A DNA stretch of 64,000 bases, taken from positions 192,001-256,000 of the forward strand of contig CAWGSK010000012.1 of the NCBI GenBank assembly GCA_963825055.1. Reading direction: 5' to 3'. Source of the DNA: an uncultured Gemmatimonadales bacterium. GTDB lineage: Bacteria > Gemmatimonadota > Gemmatimonadetes > Gemmatimonadales > GWC2-71-9. Under the pieces are notes generated by a model that was not told the DNA's origin, searched no databases, and saw only the letters and a program-made list of their open reading frames with translations. This document shows, piece after piece, positions 48,324-57,964 of the stretch. The position numbers and the translations under genes were made by a program. Every line of letters begins with the position of its first letter. The first letter of the stretch is position 1.

Positions 48324-49690
48324 CCCATCGGATACTCGTGATCGACGACGAACCCGGCATCCGGGAAGCCCTCAAGCAGGTGCTCGAGTACGAAGGCTAC
48401 GAGGTGCGCGGCGCCGCCTCCGGGACGGACGGCATCTCGGCCTACGCCGAATTCCAGCCGAACGTGGTGTTCCTTGACGTGAAGATGGCCGGCCTGGACG
48501 GGCTCGAGACCCTGAAGCGCCTCCGGACCCTCGAGCCCCGGGCCCCGGTGATCATGATCTCGGGCCACGGCACGATCGCCACGGCCGTCGCCGCCACGAG
48601 GGAAGGGGCCTTTGACTTTCTCGAGAAGCCCCTCGATACCGACCGAACGCTGCTCACGGTGCGCAACGCGATCCAGCAGGCCACGCTTGCCGGGGAAAAC
48701 GAGCGACTGCGCGAGGTGGTGGACGAGCGCCACCAGGCCGTCGGCAAAAGTGCGGCCCTCACGCAGGTGCTTGAGGTGGTGGAGAAGGTGGGGCCGACAC
48801 CGGCCCGTGTGCTCATCACCGGCGAAAACGGCACCGGCAAGGAACTGGTCGCCCGCGCGCTGCACGACCGCTCGCCCCGGGCGAAGCAGCCGTTCGTCGA
48901 GGTGAACTGTGCCGCCATTCCCGGCGAGCTCATCGAGAGCGAGCTCTTCGGGCACATGAAGGGCTCCTTCACCGGCGCCTTCGCCGACCGGGCCGGGAAG
49001 TTCGAGCAGGCGAACGGCGGGACGCTGTTCCTGGACGAGGTCGGGGACATGTCCCTGTCGGCACAGGCCAAGGTATTGCGCGCCCTTCAGGAAGGCGTGG
49101 TGACGCGCATTGGCGGGTCGCGGACGCTCAAGGTGGATGTCCGCGTCATCGCGGCAACCAACAAGGACCTGGCGGAGGAGATTGCCGAGGGCCGGTTCCG
49201 GGAAGATCTCTTCTATCGCCTCAACGTCGTGCCGATCCACGTGCCGCCGCTGCGCGAGCGGCGCGACGACATTCCCCTGCTGGTGGCGCACTTCGTCTCG
49301 GTCCTCCAGCGCCAGATGGGCATTCCACCCCGGGAGTTCGACGAGGCGGCCATCGAGCGCCTTCGGCATCGCTCCTGGCCGGGCAATGTCCGTGAGCTCC
49401 GCAATGCGGTGGAACGCGCACTCATCCTGGCCACAGGCAAGTCGGTCACGACCGCCGATCTCGACCGCCTCTTTGGCGCCGAGGACGCCGCAGACGCGGA
49501 GATCCCCGCGGCCCTGATGGACGGTGCAACCTTCGAGACGTTCAAGCACGACGCCGAGCGGAGCTTCCTCGCCGCCAAGCTCCGGGAACACCAGTGGAAC
49601 GTCTCGGAGACGGCGCGGGCGCTCAAGATGCCGCGATCGAACCTCTACAAGAAGATCGAGCGCTACGGACTGAGCCGGGATAATCCATGA
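48320..49690 (+). CDS. Sigma54-dependent response regulator (NtrX-like; REC-AAA+-Fis HTH)
   Basis: ILVIDDE, LDVKM, GENGTGKE, ESELFGH.KGSFTGA, WPGNVREL, C-terminal HTH. Confidence 0.93.
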   Translation: MTHRILVIDDEPGIREALKQVLEYEGYEVRGAASGTDGISAYAEFQPNVVFLDVKMAGLDGLETLKRLRTLEPRAPVIMISGHGTIATAVAATREGAFDFLEKPLDTDRTLLTVRNAIQQATLAGENERLREVVDERHQAVGKSAALTQVLEVVEKVGPTPARVLITGENGTGKELVARALHDRSPRAKQPFVEVNCAAIPGELIESELFGHMKGSFTGAFADRAGKFEQANGGTLFLDEVGDMSLSAQAKVLRALQEGVVTRIGGSRTLKVDVRVIAATNKDLAEEIAEGRFREDLFYRLNVVPIHVPPLRERRDDIPLLVAHFVSVLQRQMGIPPREFDEAAIERLRHRSWPGNVRELRNAVERALILATGKSVTTADLDRLFGAEDAADAEIPAALMDGATFETFKHDAERSFLAAKLREHQWNVSETARALKMPRSNLYKKIERYGLSRDNP

Positions 49691-50145
49691 GCGATGCCCC
49701 CCGCGACTGGGACAGGGAACTGGCCAAGATCGACCGCCTGATCGAGCAGGGCCAGGGCGCGCCTCCGCCCGCGAAAACGGCAGGCGGCAAGGCGGCTCCC
49801 GCTGCAGGGCCTCAATCGGCGCCGGCGCTGCCCGCGGTGCCGCGTGGAAAGAAGGACATTGCCGGCGCCTGGCTGCGCGTGCTGCTGGGCGTGGCGCTCG
49901 GTGCCGGCGTGACCCAGTGGCCGTACGACGCCCACTGTGGTACCGGGCTGTTCGTGTACCTCGCCCCGGCCGGGCTCGTCGTGCTCGTCGGCCTGTGGTC
50001 GGCGGTCACCGCATGGCGCCGCCGGATCGGGCTCGCGCATGTCATCAGCCTCCTGGTGGTGCTCCTGGGGCTCGTCCTCGTGGCACAGGTCGTCCTGCCC
50101 CGAACCGGTTACCTTGGTTCGCATCTTCCGTGGGGCTGCGGATGA
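49687..50145 (+). CDS. Hypothetical membrane protein (3 TM)
   Basis: DWDRELAKID N-terminus, hydrophobic helices, ATGA overlap. Confidence 0.7.
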   Translation: MSDAPRDWDRELAKIDRLIEQGQGAPPPAKTAGGKAAPAAGPQSAPALPAVPRGKKDIAGAWLRVLLGVALGAGVTQWPYDAHCGTGLFVYLAPAGLVVLVGLWSAVTAWRRRIGLAHVISLLVVLLGLVLVAQVVLPRTGYLGSHLPWGCG

Positions 50146-50181
50146 TCCGCCGCCCCTGATTCATCCCCTGATTCCGGACCC

Positions 50182-51675
50182 ATGGCCAAGACCTACAGGA
50201 ACTTCATCAACGGTGAATGGGTGGCCGCCCGCTCGGGCGCCACGTTCGAGAACCGCAACCCGGCCGATACGACCGACCTGATCGGCCGTTTTCCCGACAG
50301 CGATGCGGCGGATCTCCGCCAGGCCGTGCAGGCCGCGAAGAAGGCGTTCCCGTCCTGGAGCCGTACGCCGGCCCCGCTCCGCGGCGACCTCCTCCGCCGG
50401 CTGGGCGACCTGCTCGTCCGGGACAAGGAGAAGCTGGCCGACGCGATGACCCGCGAGATGGGCAAGGTGCTCACCGAGACCCGCGGCGACGTGCAGGAGG
50501 GCATTGATACGGCCTATTACGCCGCCACCGAGGGCCGGCGCCTGTTCGGCCACACGGTGCCGTCGGAACTGCGTGACAAGTGGGCCATGAGCTATCGCCG
50601 TCCCATCGGCGTGGCCGGGCTGATCACCCCGTTCAACTTCCCGCTCGCCATCCCCACGTGGAAGATGTTCCCCGCGCTGCTCTGCGGGAACGCGGTCATC
50701 TTCAAGCCGTCCGAGGACGTACCGCTCACCGGCCACCACCTGGTGGAGCTGGCCCTCGAGGCCGGCTTCCCGCCTGGCGTGATCCAGCTGGTACATGGTC
50801 GCGGGGAGACCGTGGGCCGGGCGCTGGTGGAACACCCGGAGGTGCCCCTCATCAGCTTTACCGGCAGCACGCAGACCGGCTCGTTCATCGGCGAGACCTG
50901 CGGGCGGATGCACAAGCGGCTCTCGCTTGAGATGGGCGGCAAGAACGCCCAGATCGTGATGGACGATGCCGACCTCGACCTCGCGCTCGAGGGCGTACTG
51001 TGGGGGGCCTTCGGGACAACCGGACAGCGCTGCACGGCCACGAGCCGCCTCATCCTGCACCGCAAGATCCACGACCGCTTCCTGCGCCGCCTGGTGGATG
51101 CCGCCGAGGCCCTGCGCCTGGGCGACGGCCGGGACGAAAAGACCGACGTCGGCCCGCTCATCCACGGGGAGGCGCGGGAAAAGGTGGAGCGTTATGTGCA
51201 GATCGGGCAGGAGGAAGGGGCGGAGCTGGTGACGGGCGGCAGCCGCCCGCGCAGCGCCCGGCTCAAGAACGGCTGGTTCTACCGGCCGACGATCTTCGCC
51301 GGAGTCAAGGCGAAGAGCCGGCTCGAGCAAGAGGAGATCTTCGGTCCGGTCCTGAGCGTGATCCAGGTGCGGAGCCTGGACGAGGCGATCCGGGTGAACA
51401 ACGACGTGAAGTATGGGCTGTCGAGCGCGCTCTACACCCGGGACGTCAATGCGTCGTTCACGGCCATGCAGAGGCTGGACAACGGGATCAGCTATATCAA
51501 CGCACCGACGATCGGCGCCGAGGCGCACATGCCATTCGGCGGCGTGAAGCAGACCGGAAACGGTCACCGTGAGGGTGGCTGGGAGGTCTACGAGTTCTAT
51601 TCCGAGACGAAGGTCTGCTATGTGGACTACTCCGGGAGCCTGCAGCGGGCGCAGATCGACACCGAGGAGGTATAG
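50182..51675 (+). CDS. Aldehyde dehydrogenase family protein
   Basis: ITPFNFP, FTGS, LEMGGKN, catalytic GQRCTA, EEIFGP, PFGG.K.TG. Confidence 0.95.
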   Translation: MAKTYRNFINGEWVAARSGATFENRNPADTTDLIGRFPDSDAADLRQAVQAAKKAFPSWSRTPAPLRGDLLRRLGDLLVRDKEKLADAMTREMGKVLTETRGDVQEGIDTAYYAATEGRRLFGHTVPSELRDKWAMSYRRPIGVAGLITPFNFPLAIPTWKMFPALLCGNAVIFKPSEDVPLTGHHLVELALEAGFPPGVIQLVHGRGETVGRALVEHPEVPLISFTGSTQTGSFIGETCGRMHKRLSLEMGGKNAQIVMDDADLDLALEGVLWGAFGTTGQRCTATSRLILHRKIHDRFLRRLVDAAEALRLGDGRDEKTDVGPLIHGEAREKVERYVQIGQEEGAELVTGGSRPRSARLKNGWFYRPTIFAGVKAKSRLEQEEIFGPVLSVIQVRSLDEAIRVNNDVKYGLSSALYTRDVNASFTAMQRLDNGISYINAPTIGAEAHMPFGGVKQTGNGHREGGWEVYEFYSETKVCYVDYSGSLQRAQIDTEEV

Positions 51676-51683
51676 GGCCCCCG

Positions 51684-51743
51684 TTGCGCCGGGATTGGGG
51701 CGTAGGTAAGGTTCGACAGGCGGCCGGTCTCCGTCCGGCCGCC
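51684..51743 (+). promoter_or_regulatory. Candidate promoter and 5' hairpin of the RpoD-family sigma gene
   Basis: TTGCGC-N17-TAAGGT (51684-51712), then a 9-bp stem GGCGGCCGG/CCGGCCGCC (51719-51743). Confidence 0.45.
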
Positions 51744-51876
51744 CGCGCATTCATCCGTGTTCCCGTATTCGTCCCTTCGCACCAGCCGTGAGTTCCAGAC
51801 TGCCCCTTCTGTCCCGCGCTCTGCTGCCCGCGTTCCGCCGTCCGGTTTCCGACCGGACCGTCAGGTGGTGCGCCTG

Positions 51877-52746
51877 ATGCGCCCGATCCAGATCGGTGGC
51901 GGCCGCCGCGGGCCCACGAGCGACGAGGGCTCGCTCGACCAGTACCTGCGTGAGATCAGCCGGTATCCGCTGATCAACCAGGATATGGAAGTCGAGCTGG
52001 CCCAGCGGATCCGGACGGGAGAAGAAGAGGCACTCGACAAGCTGGTCCGCAGCAACCTCCGCTTCGTGGTCTCGGTCGCCAAGAAGTACCAGAACCAGGG
52101 CGTTTCCCTCTCCGACCTGATCAACGAGGGCAACCTTGGCCTGATTCGCGCCGCCCACAAGTTCGACGAGACCAAGGGCATCAAGTTCATCTCCTACGCC
52201 GTCTGGTGGATCCGGCAGGCGATCCTCCAGGCCCTGGCCGAGCAGAGCCGCATCGTGCGGGTGCCGCTCAACCGGGCCGGGACGCTGCACCGGATCGGCA
52301 AGCGTTCCTCCGCGCTGCTTCAGGAGCTCGGCCGTGAGCCCACCCCCTCCGAGATTGCAGAGGGGATGGACATCTCGATGGAAGAAGTCCGCAAGACGAT
52401 GTCCATCTCGCAGGGGCACCTCTCGCTGGACGCCCCGCTCACCCCCGGCGAGGACAACAAGCTTCTCGACTATCTCCCGGACGACCAGAACCCCGGGCCC
52501 GATTTCGAAACGTTCGAACACGCGCTCAGCGAGTCGATCGAGGAAGTGCTCGGCACCCTCAAGGAGCGTGAGGCCAAGATCCTCCGCCTGTACTTCGGCC
52601 TGGACGCGCCCGAGCCGATGACACTCGAGGAGATCGGCGGCATGCTGGGCATTACCCGGGAGCGCGTGCGCCAGATCAAGGAAAAGGCCCTGATGCGACT
52701 CCGGCACGTGAGCCGCGCCAAGGCGCTGGAGAGCTTCCTGACCTGA
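51877..52746 (+). CDS. RpoD/SigA-family sigma factor lacking region 1.1 (Bacteroidota-like)
   Basis: SLDQYLREI, NLRFVVSVAKKY, KFISYAVWWIRQAI, SRIVRVP, TLEEIG..TRERVRQI; about 289 aa. Confidence 0.92.
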   Translation: MRPIQIGGGRRGPTSDEGSLDQYLREISRYPLINQDMEVELAQRIRTGEEEALDKLVRSNLRFVVSVAKKYQNQGVSLSDLINEGNLGLIRAAHKFDETKGIKFISYAVWWIRQAILQALAEQSRIVRVPLNRAGTLHRIGKRSSALLQELGREPTPSEIAEGMDISMEEVRKTMSISQGHLSLDAPLTPGEDNKLLDYLPDDQNPGPDFETFEHALSESIEEVLGTLKEREAKILRLYFGLDAPEPMTLEEIGGMLGITRERVRQIKEKALMRLRHVSRAKALESFLT

Positions 52747-52782
52747 ACAGCGGTGAACTGTGAAAAGTGAAGGGTGAGAGGG
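52745..52782 (+). repeat. Degenerate heptamer repeat (NGTGAAN)
   Basis: GGTGAAC TGTGAAA AGTGAAG GGTGAGA. AAGGGTGAGAGGG (52770-52782) is identical to 10585-10597. Confidence 0.65.
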
Positions 52783-52812
52783 CGCACCCTTTCCCGACGC
52801 CCGGCAGTACCT

Positions 52813-52884
52813 TCCGCCTGTCCGCCTGTCCGCCTGTCCGCCTGTCCGCCTGTCCGCCTGTCCGCCTGCCCGCCTGCCCGCCTG
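52813..52884 (+). repeat. Octamer tandem repeat (TCCGCCTG)x7 + (CCCGCCTG)x2
   Basis: Nine contiguous units counted directly from the sequence. Confidence 0.97.
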
Positions 52885-52891
52885 ATTCTCC

Positions 52892-52920
52892 TTGCCGCCC
52901 CTGTCCCGGGCCGTTACTCT
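52892..52920 (+). promoter_or_regulatory. sigma70-type promoter for the yajQ operon
   Basis: TTGCCG-N17-TACTCT. Confidence 0.5.
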
Positions 52921-52962
52921 CCGGGGTAATACCGCGTGACCCACCCCCGAACCTTCGTGCCC

Positions 52963-53466
52963 ATGGCCAGTAATCCTTCCTTTGACATCTCCACCGGCGC
53001 CGACCTCCAGGAAGTGGACAACGCCGTCAACCAGGCGACCAAGGAGATTGCGCAGCGCTACGACTTCAAGGGCACCCACTGCACCATCGAGTTCGATCGC
53101 GCGAAGGCCGAGCTGCATCTGGCCGCGGACGACGACTATCGCATGGACGCCCTGATCGATGTCCTGCGCACGAAGCTCATCCGGCGCGGGGTGCCGGTGA
53201 AGAACCTGGACATGAAGGAACGCGAACCGGCCACAGGCTCGAGTGTGCGCCAGACCATCGCCCTCACCCAGGGCATTCCGCAGGAGACGGCCAAGAAGAT
53301 CGTGAAGGCCGTCAAGGATCAGGGGTTCAAGAAAGTCCAGGCCTCGATCCAGGGCGAGGAAGTGCGGGTGACGGCGCCGTCGAGGGATGAACTCCAGGGC
53401 GTGATCTCGTTCCTCAAGGGTGAGGACTTCGGACTCGAACTGCAGTTCGGCAACTACCGCGGCTGA
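52963..53466 (+). CDS. yajQ: YajQ family nucleotide-binding protein
   Basis: PSFDI, EVDNAVNQA.KEI..RYDFKG, KVQASIQGEEVRVT, LQFGNYR. Confidence 0.95.
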   Translation: MASNPSFDISTGADLQEVDNAVNQATKEIAQRYDFKGTHCTIEFDRAKAELHLAADDDYRMDALIDVLRTKLIRRGVPVKNLDMKEREPATGSSVRQTIALTQGIPQETAKKIVKAVKDQGFKKVQASIQGEEVRVTAPSRDELQGVISFLKGEDFGLELQFGNYRG

Positions 53467-53476
53467 CCCGGCCACC

Positions 53477-54796
53477 GTGACCCGGGTGTGGTGGGCCCGT
53501 CGCCGGAGGGTCGCCGTGATTGCCGTCCTGCTCACCGCCTGTGGGTCGCCGCCGCCCGTCGAGCCGCCAGTGCCGGCCGATACGGTCAGGACCCCGCCCC
53601 CCCAGGCTGAGCGCCCGGCAACACCGGAGGCGGAGCCCGAGGCTGCGCCGGCCCGGCCGGGTGCCGTCGAGCCGACCATCCGCATCGGGCTCCTCGTGGG
53701 CGTGGCGGCGGTCCGCATCGCGGGCGGCGGGGACCTGCTGGTCTCAGCGGCGGACGGTGCCAGCCGCACCGTGGCCGCGCTCGACCCGGTCACCCTGCGG
53801 GCGGAGGGTGGGGGCGTGACCGGCGGCGGGCTGCCCCGGACCGGCGCCGTGACCGTGACGCCGCTCGCTCCCGATGGACTGGTGTCCGTCGACGGACGGT
53901 CCTATCGCGGCAGCGTGCAGGTCAGGCGCAATGGTCCCGGGCTCGTGGTCATCAACGTCCTCGGCCTCGAGAGCTACCTGGCCGGGGTGCTGCCACTTGA
54001 ACTTGGCCGGCTCGAGGACGGGGATCTCCAGGCGATGAAGGCCCAGGCGATCGTCTCCCGGACGTATGCGCTCAGGAACCTGGGGAAGCGCGAGCGGGAC
54101 GGGTTCGACCTGCTCGGCACGGTGGCGGACCAGGTCTACGGCGGCGCGTTGGTCGAGACGGACCTCGCCTGGCGGGCCCTCCGGGAAACTGCGGGGCGGA
54201 TCGTGACCTGGCAGGGTGCCCCCATCGACGCGTTCTTCTTTTCGACCTGCGGTGGACGGACGGCGGAGGGGACAGAGGTCTACGCCGGCGCCGACCGGCC
54301 CTATCTCCGGTCGGTTGCGGACGTGGATGCGTCGGGCGAGGCGTGGTGCCGCCTCTCGCCCCGCTTCCACTGGACGGTGCGCTGGACCCGGGCCGAACTC
54401 CAGGAGGTGCTCCGCCAGACGGTGCCAGCCGTGACGGGCCGGGCGGTGGCGCCGGAAGACCGGGTCCGGAGTGTCCGGGTCACGTCGCTCACCTCGTCCG
54501 GGCGGGTTGCGACCCTGGGGCTGGATCTCGGTGGTCGTACGGTCGCGGTCCGTGGCCCGGCGATCCGCCAGGTGCTCCGGCCTGCGCCAGGGGAGATCCT
54601 GCGGAGCGCCGCCTTCGACCTGCACGAGGACCGTCAGGGTGGGTCGCTCCGCACTCTCGAGGCGGATGGGCGTGGGGCGGGACATGGCGTCGGGTTCTGC
54701 CAGTGGGGCGCCATCGGGCGTGCCCGTGCCGGATTCCGCTACGACCAGATCCTGGCCGCCTATTATCCGGGAACCGAACTCACACAGGTGTACTGA
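53477..54796 (+). CDS. SpoIID/LytB-domain lytic transglycosylase, lipoprotein
   Basis: Lipobox LTAC, LESYLAGVLPLE, KAQAIVSRTYA, DQVYGG, FFSTCGG, GHGVGFCQWGA. Confidence 0.9.
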   Translation: MTRVWWARRRRVAVIAVLLTACGSPPPVEPPVPADTVRTPPPQAERPATPEAEPEAAPARPGAVEPTIRIGLLVGVAAVRIAGGGDLLVSAADGASRTVAALDPVTLRAEGGGVTGGGLPRTGAVTVTPLAPDGLVSVDGRSYRGSVQVRRNGPGLVVINVLGLESYLAGVLPLELGRLEDGDLQAMKAQAIVSRTYALRNLGKRERDGFDLLGTVADQVYGGALVETDLAWRALRETAGRIVTWQGAPIDAFFFSTCGGRTAEGTEVYAGADRPYLRSVADVDASGEAWCRLSPRFHWTVRWTRAELQEVLRQTVPAVTGRAVAPEDRVRSVRVTSLTSSGRVATLGLDLGGRTVAVRGPAIRQVLRPAPGEILRSAAFDLHEDRQGGSLRTLEADGRGAGHGVGFCQWGAIGRARAGFRYDQILAAYYPGTELTQVY

Positions 54797-55446
54797 TGCT
54801 TCGACGGATACTGCCCCTGCTGTTCCTCGCCAGTACGGCCATCGCCTCGCGCGCCGGCGCGCAGCAGGCGCTCGAACGCTTCAGCTACGATGGTATCCGG
54901 TTCACGGGCCTCGAGGCCGAAGTCGGGGTCGTGACCTCGGACCGGCTGAAGGGAGCCGTCTCCTACGGCCTCCGGGTGGACCTGGGCCAGTTTGCCCCCC
55001 GCGTCCGGCTCCAGGTGGGAGGTGCCTGGTATCGCAGCGAGTTCCAGACCGAGGAGATTGCCAAGTTTGCGGAAGCTCTCCGGGGGGTGGTGAACGATCC
55101 GACCAACGACTTTGACATCAACCTCGGCACGATCCACTGGTCGGACTTCGCGCTCGACGCCGACCTGCAGTACCTGCTCGCGACCGCGGGACGGTGGCGC
55201 CCATACGTCGGCATCGGCGCGGGCGTGCACATGCGGAACGGTTCCGGCCGCGCGATTGACGGGACCTTCGTGGAGGATGCCCTGGACGAGGTCGGCGCCG
55301 GGCTCAGCGTCACTGGCGGCTTCGACGTGTTCCTGACGCGGGCCATCACGCTCAATATCGGGGGCCGGGCCGTCGTCGCCGGTGACCTGCAGACCCTGGG
55401 CCTCATGATCGGCTTCGGCTTCAAGAATCCGGGAGCGAACCCGTGA
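54796..55446 (+). CDS. Outer membrane beta-barrel-like hypothetical protein
   Basis: Signal peptide, RPYVGIGAG, terminal IGFGF strand; TGATG coupling to the upstream gene. Confidence 0.7.
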   Translation: MLRRILPLLFLASTAIASRAGAQQALERFSYDGIRFTGLEAEVGVVTSDRLKGAVSYGLRVDLGQFAPRVRLQVGGAWYRSEFQTEEIAKFAEALRGVVNDPTNDFDINLGTIHWSDFALDADLQYLLATAGRWRPYVGIGAGVHMRNGSGRAIDGTFVEDALDEVGAGLSVTGGFDVFLTRAITLNIGGRAVVAGDLQTLGLMIGFGFKNPGANP

Positions 55447-56453
55447 GCGATCCGATCCGGGTAGGCATCATCGGCGGCGGCGCCATTACCCAGGTCGGGC
55501 ACCTGCCGGTCCTGAAGAAGCTGAAGGGCGTCACGGTGCACGCGATCTGCGACAGCGACGTGCCGAAACTCCAGGCGCTCGCCCAGCGGTACCGCATTCC
55601 CAACGCGGTGGACGACATTGACGACCTGCTGGGGATCGACGGGCTGGACGCGGTCGTGATCTGCACCCCGAACCACCTGCACGAGTCCCACGTGCAGGCG
55701 GCGGTGTCCGCCGGGCTCCACGTCCTGGTGGAGAAGCCGGTCGTGACCGTGACCGGTGACGTGATGCGCGTCAAGCGCGCGGCCGAAAAGCGGAACGTGC
55801 ATGTCATGGTCGGCATGAGCCACCGCTATCGCACCGATGTCCAGATTGTCCGGAGCTTCGTCCAGAGCGGGGAACTGGGCGCCATCGAGAGCGTTCGCGG
55901 GAGCTGGCACGTCTTCCGTCCAAGCCGCAGCATGCTGGGCTGGCGACTCCGGAGGGAGCAGTCGGGCGGTGGGGCGATGCTCGACCTTGGCCTGTCCATC
56001 CTCGATCTTGGCCTCTGGCTGACCGGCGTCCCGAAGCCGGTGCGCGTCAGTGCCAATCTCGACCGGCCCCCCGGTGAGAAGGCCGTGGAGCAGTCCGGAA
56101 GCGCGTTCGTGGTCTGTGAGAATGGCACCAGCATTTTCCTGGACGTAACCTGGCACCACGTCGGCGCCGGTGAGCGATTCGGCGTCGGGCTGCGGGGGAG
56201 CAAGGGCACGGCCGGCATCAACCCGCTGCATGTCTGGAAGGAACTCCACGGCGTGCCCACCGATGTTGCGCCGACCGGGTCGATCGGGCGCGAGAACGCC
56301 TTCTTCGCGGCCTTCCGGGCGGAGTGGGCCCACTTCCTCGCCGTCATCAGGGGTGAGGTCAAGGCACCGTCGCTGGACGATCACGTCATCCTGCACAAGG
56401 TGATCGATGCGATCTACCAGTCCGCGGCCGAAGGGCGTGACGTGACGCTGTGA
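55443..56453 (+). CDS. Gfo/Idh/MocA family oxidoreductase
   Basis: GIIGGG, ICTPNHLH, HVLVEKP, SGGGAMLDLG. Confidence 0.92.
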   Translation: MSDPIRVGIIGGGAITQVGHLPVLKKLKGVTVHAICDSDVPKLQALAQRYRIPNAVDDIDDLLGIDGLDAVVICTPNHLHESHVQAAVSAGLHVLVEKPVVTVTGDVMRVKRAAEKRNVHVMVGMSHRYRTDVQIVRSFVQSGELGAIESVRGSWHVFRPSRSMLGWRLRREQSGGGAMLDLGLSILDLGLWLTGVPKPVRVSANLDRPPGEKAVEQSGSAFVVCENGTSIFLDVTWHHVGAGERFGVGLRGSKGTAGINPLHVWKELHGVPTDVAPTGSIGRENAFFAAFRAEWAHFLAVIRGEVKAPSLDDHVILHKVIDAIYQSAAEGRDVTL

Positions 56454-57964
56454 GGGCCCGGGCCGCCTGCCTGCTCCTGGCCCAGGGGCTGCTGACCCTC
56501 CTCGCCATCCCTCCCATCTCCCTGCCGGGCGCCCCGCTGCTGCTGCTTGTCCCATTCGCGCTCCTGCTCCTCAGTGCCGCCCGCGAGGCCGCGCCCGTGT
56601 ACCATGCCGCCGTCCTCGGCTTCCTCGCGGGGGTCGTGTCCGCAGCCGTTGAGTACTCCTGGGTGCCCGCCGCGCTGCATCGGTACACGCCACTCTTCAT
56701 TCCGGGCGCCCTCGCCGTCGTGGTCATCGTGGCGGCGCTCTGGTCCGCGACGGCGGCGCTGGCGGTGGCCTGCTGGACCCGGCTGTCCGCGCCCCGGTGG
56801 CTCGTGCTGGCCGCGGCTTTCACGGCCATGGATTGGGGCCGGGCACACCTGCCGGGCCTCGCGTTCCCCTGGCTTGGCCCTGGTGTGGACCTTGCCGGGA
56901 CGCCCATCCTCATCCAGGCTGCGGATACCGTAGGGGCACGGGGGCTCACGTTCCTGGCCGTGGCGATGAGCACACTCGTGGCGGAGGCGCTGGACGGTGC
57001 CCCGCGCCGCTGGGCCCGGCTGGCAGCGTCCGGTGCCCTGGCAGGCGGGCTTGCCGCATACGGCGCGTGGAGGCTCGTCACGCTGCCGGTGGTTCCAGGC
57101 GGCACCGCAGGTGTCGTGACTACGGCGGTGCACGCCGGCGGGAGGGCCGACCAGGAGGGCATGCTGCACCTGACGGCGGCGTTGCAGGACTCCAGCGTTG
57201 CGCTGGTGGTCTGGCCCGAAGCGGTGGACTCGACGCCGGTGACCCGCGACGGGAGCCTGCCGCGCGCCCTCGCCCTTCTGGCCGGGGCGGGAACTCCCAT
57301 CATGGCCGGCATGATGATGCGCGACACCGAGACCGGCCTGCTGTCGAATACGGTCTGGTGGTTCGCCGGCCGGGCGGGCGGGGACACGATCTACCGGAAG
57401 CGTCGCCTCGTACCGGGGGTGGAAAGCGGGACGACCGCGGCGGGCCGCGAGGCCCCGATCCTTGCCACACCCGCCGGCGCGGCGGGCGTCCTGGTGTGTT
57501 TCGAGTCGGGATTCGAGGACCTGGCCCGCGACTACCGGCTGCGCGGGGCCACGCTCCTCATCAACCCGACCAACGACGCCTGGGGTGCGGGCACGATGGG
57601 GCCGGCGCAGCACCGCGCGCACCTGGTCCTCCGGGCGGTCGAGACCAGGGTGGGGGCGCTCCGGGTCACCAACCTCGGCGTGAGCGAGACGATCGATCCG
57701 CGCGGCCGCGTCACCCGGCTCGAGGGTGCCGTCGCGGGGCTTCCCGGCCACACGTCGACGATCCCCCTCCATGTGCGCCTGGGCGACTGGGTGGGACTCA
57801 TGAGCGTCGTGTTGTCGGTGGGGATGCTGGTGGTGTGTTACCGGACCGGGGCGTCCCGCACCGCCTCGCGGAACATGGCGAACAGGTCGGCGTCGAGGCG
57901 CCCGGAACCTACTTCATCGTCAATGATCTCGAACGCGCGTTCCACCGGCACCGCCGGCTTGTAG
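56450..57964 (+). CDS. lnt: Apolipoprotein N-acyltransferase
   Basis: TM domain with FPW; nitrilase triad WPE / YRKRRLVP / VCFES; TNDAW, RAVE, GDW. The 3' end overlaps the convergent HD-GYP gene. Confidence 0.85.
   Translation: MRARAACLLLAQGLLTLLAIPPISLPGAPLLLLVPFALLLLSAAREAAPVYHAAVLGFLAGVVSAAVEYSWVPAALHRYTPLFIPGALAVVVIVAALWSATAALAVACWTRLSAPRWLVLAAAFTAMDWGRAHLPGLAFPWLGPGVDLAGTPILIQAADTVGARGLTFLAVAMSTLVAEALDGAPRRWARLAASGALAGGLAAYGAWRLVTLPVVPGGTAGVVTTAVHAGGRADQEGMLHLTAALQDSSVALVVWPEAVDSTPVTRDGSLPRALALLAGAGTPIMAGMMMRDTETGLLSNTVWWFAGRAGGDTIYRKRRLVPGVESGTTAAGREAPILATPAGAAGVLVCFESGFEDLARDYRLRGATLLINPTNDAWGAGTMGPAQHRAHLVLRAVETRVGALRVTNLGVSETIDPRGRVTRLEGAVAGLPGHTSTIPLHVRLGDWVGLMSVVLSVGMLVVCYRTGASRTASRNMANRSASRRPEPTSSSMISNARSTGTAGL

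Noticed and set aside
57838..57964. 127-nt convergent overlap of lnt and the HD-GYP gene (also rmuC/LEA_2, 71 nt)
   Set aside because: Most simply stop-codon drift producing non-conserved tails in GC-rich DNA; no evidence of function.
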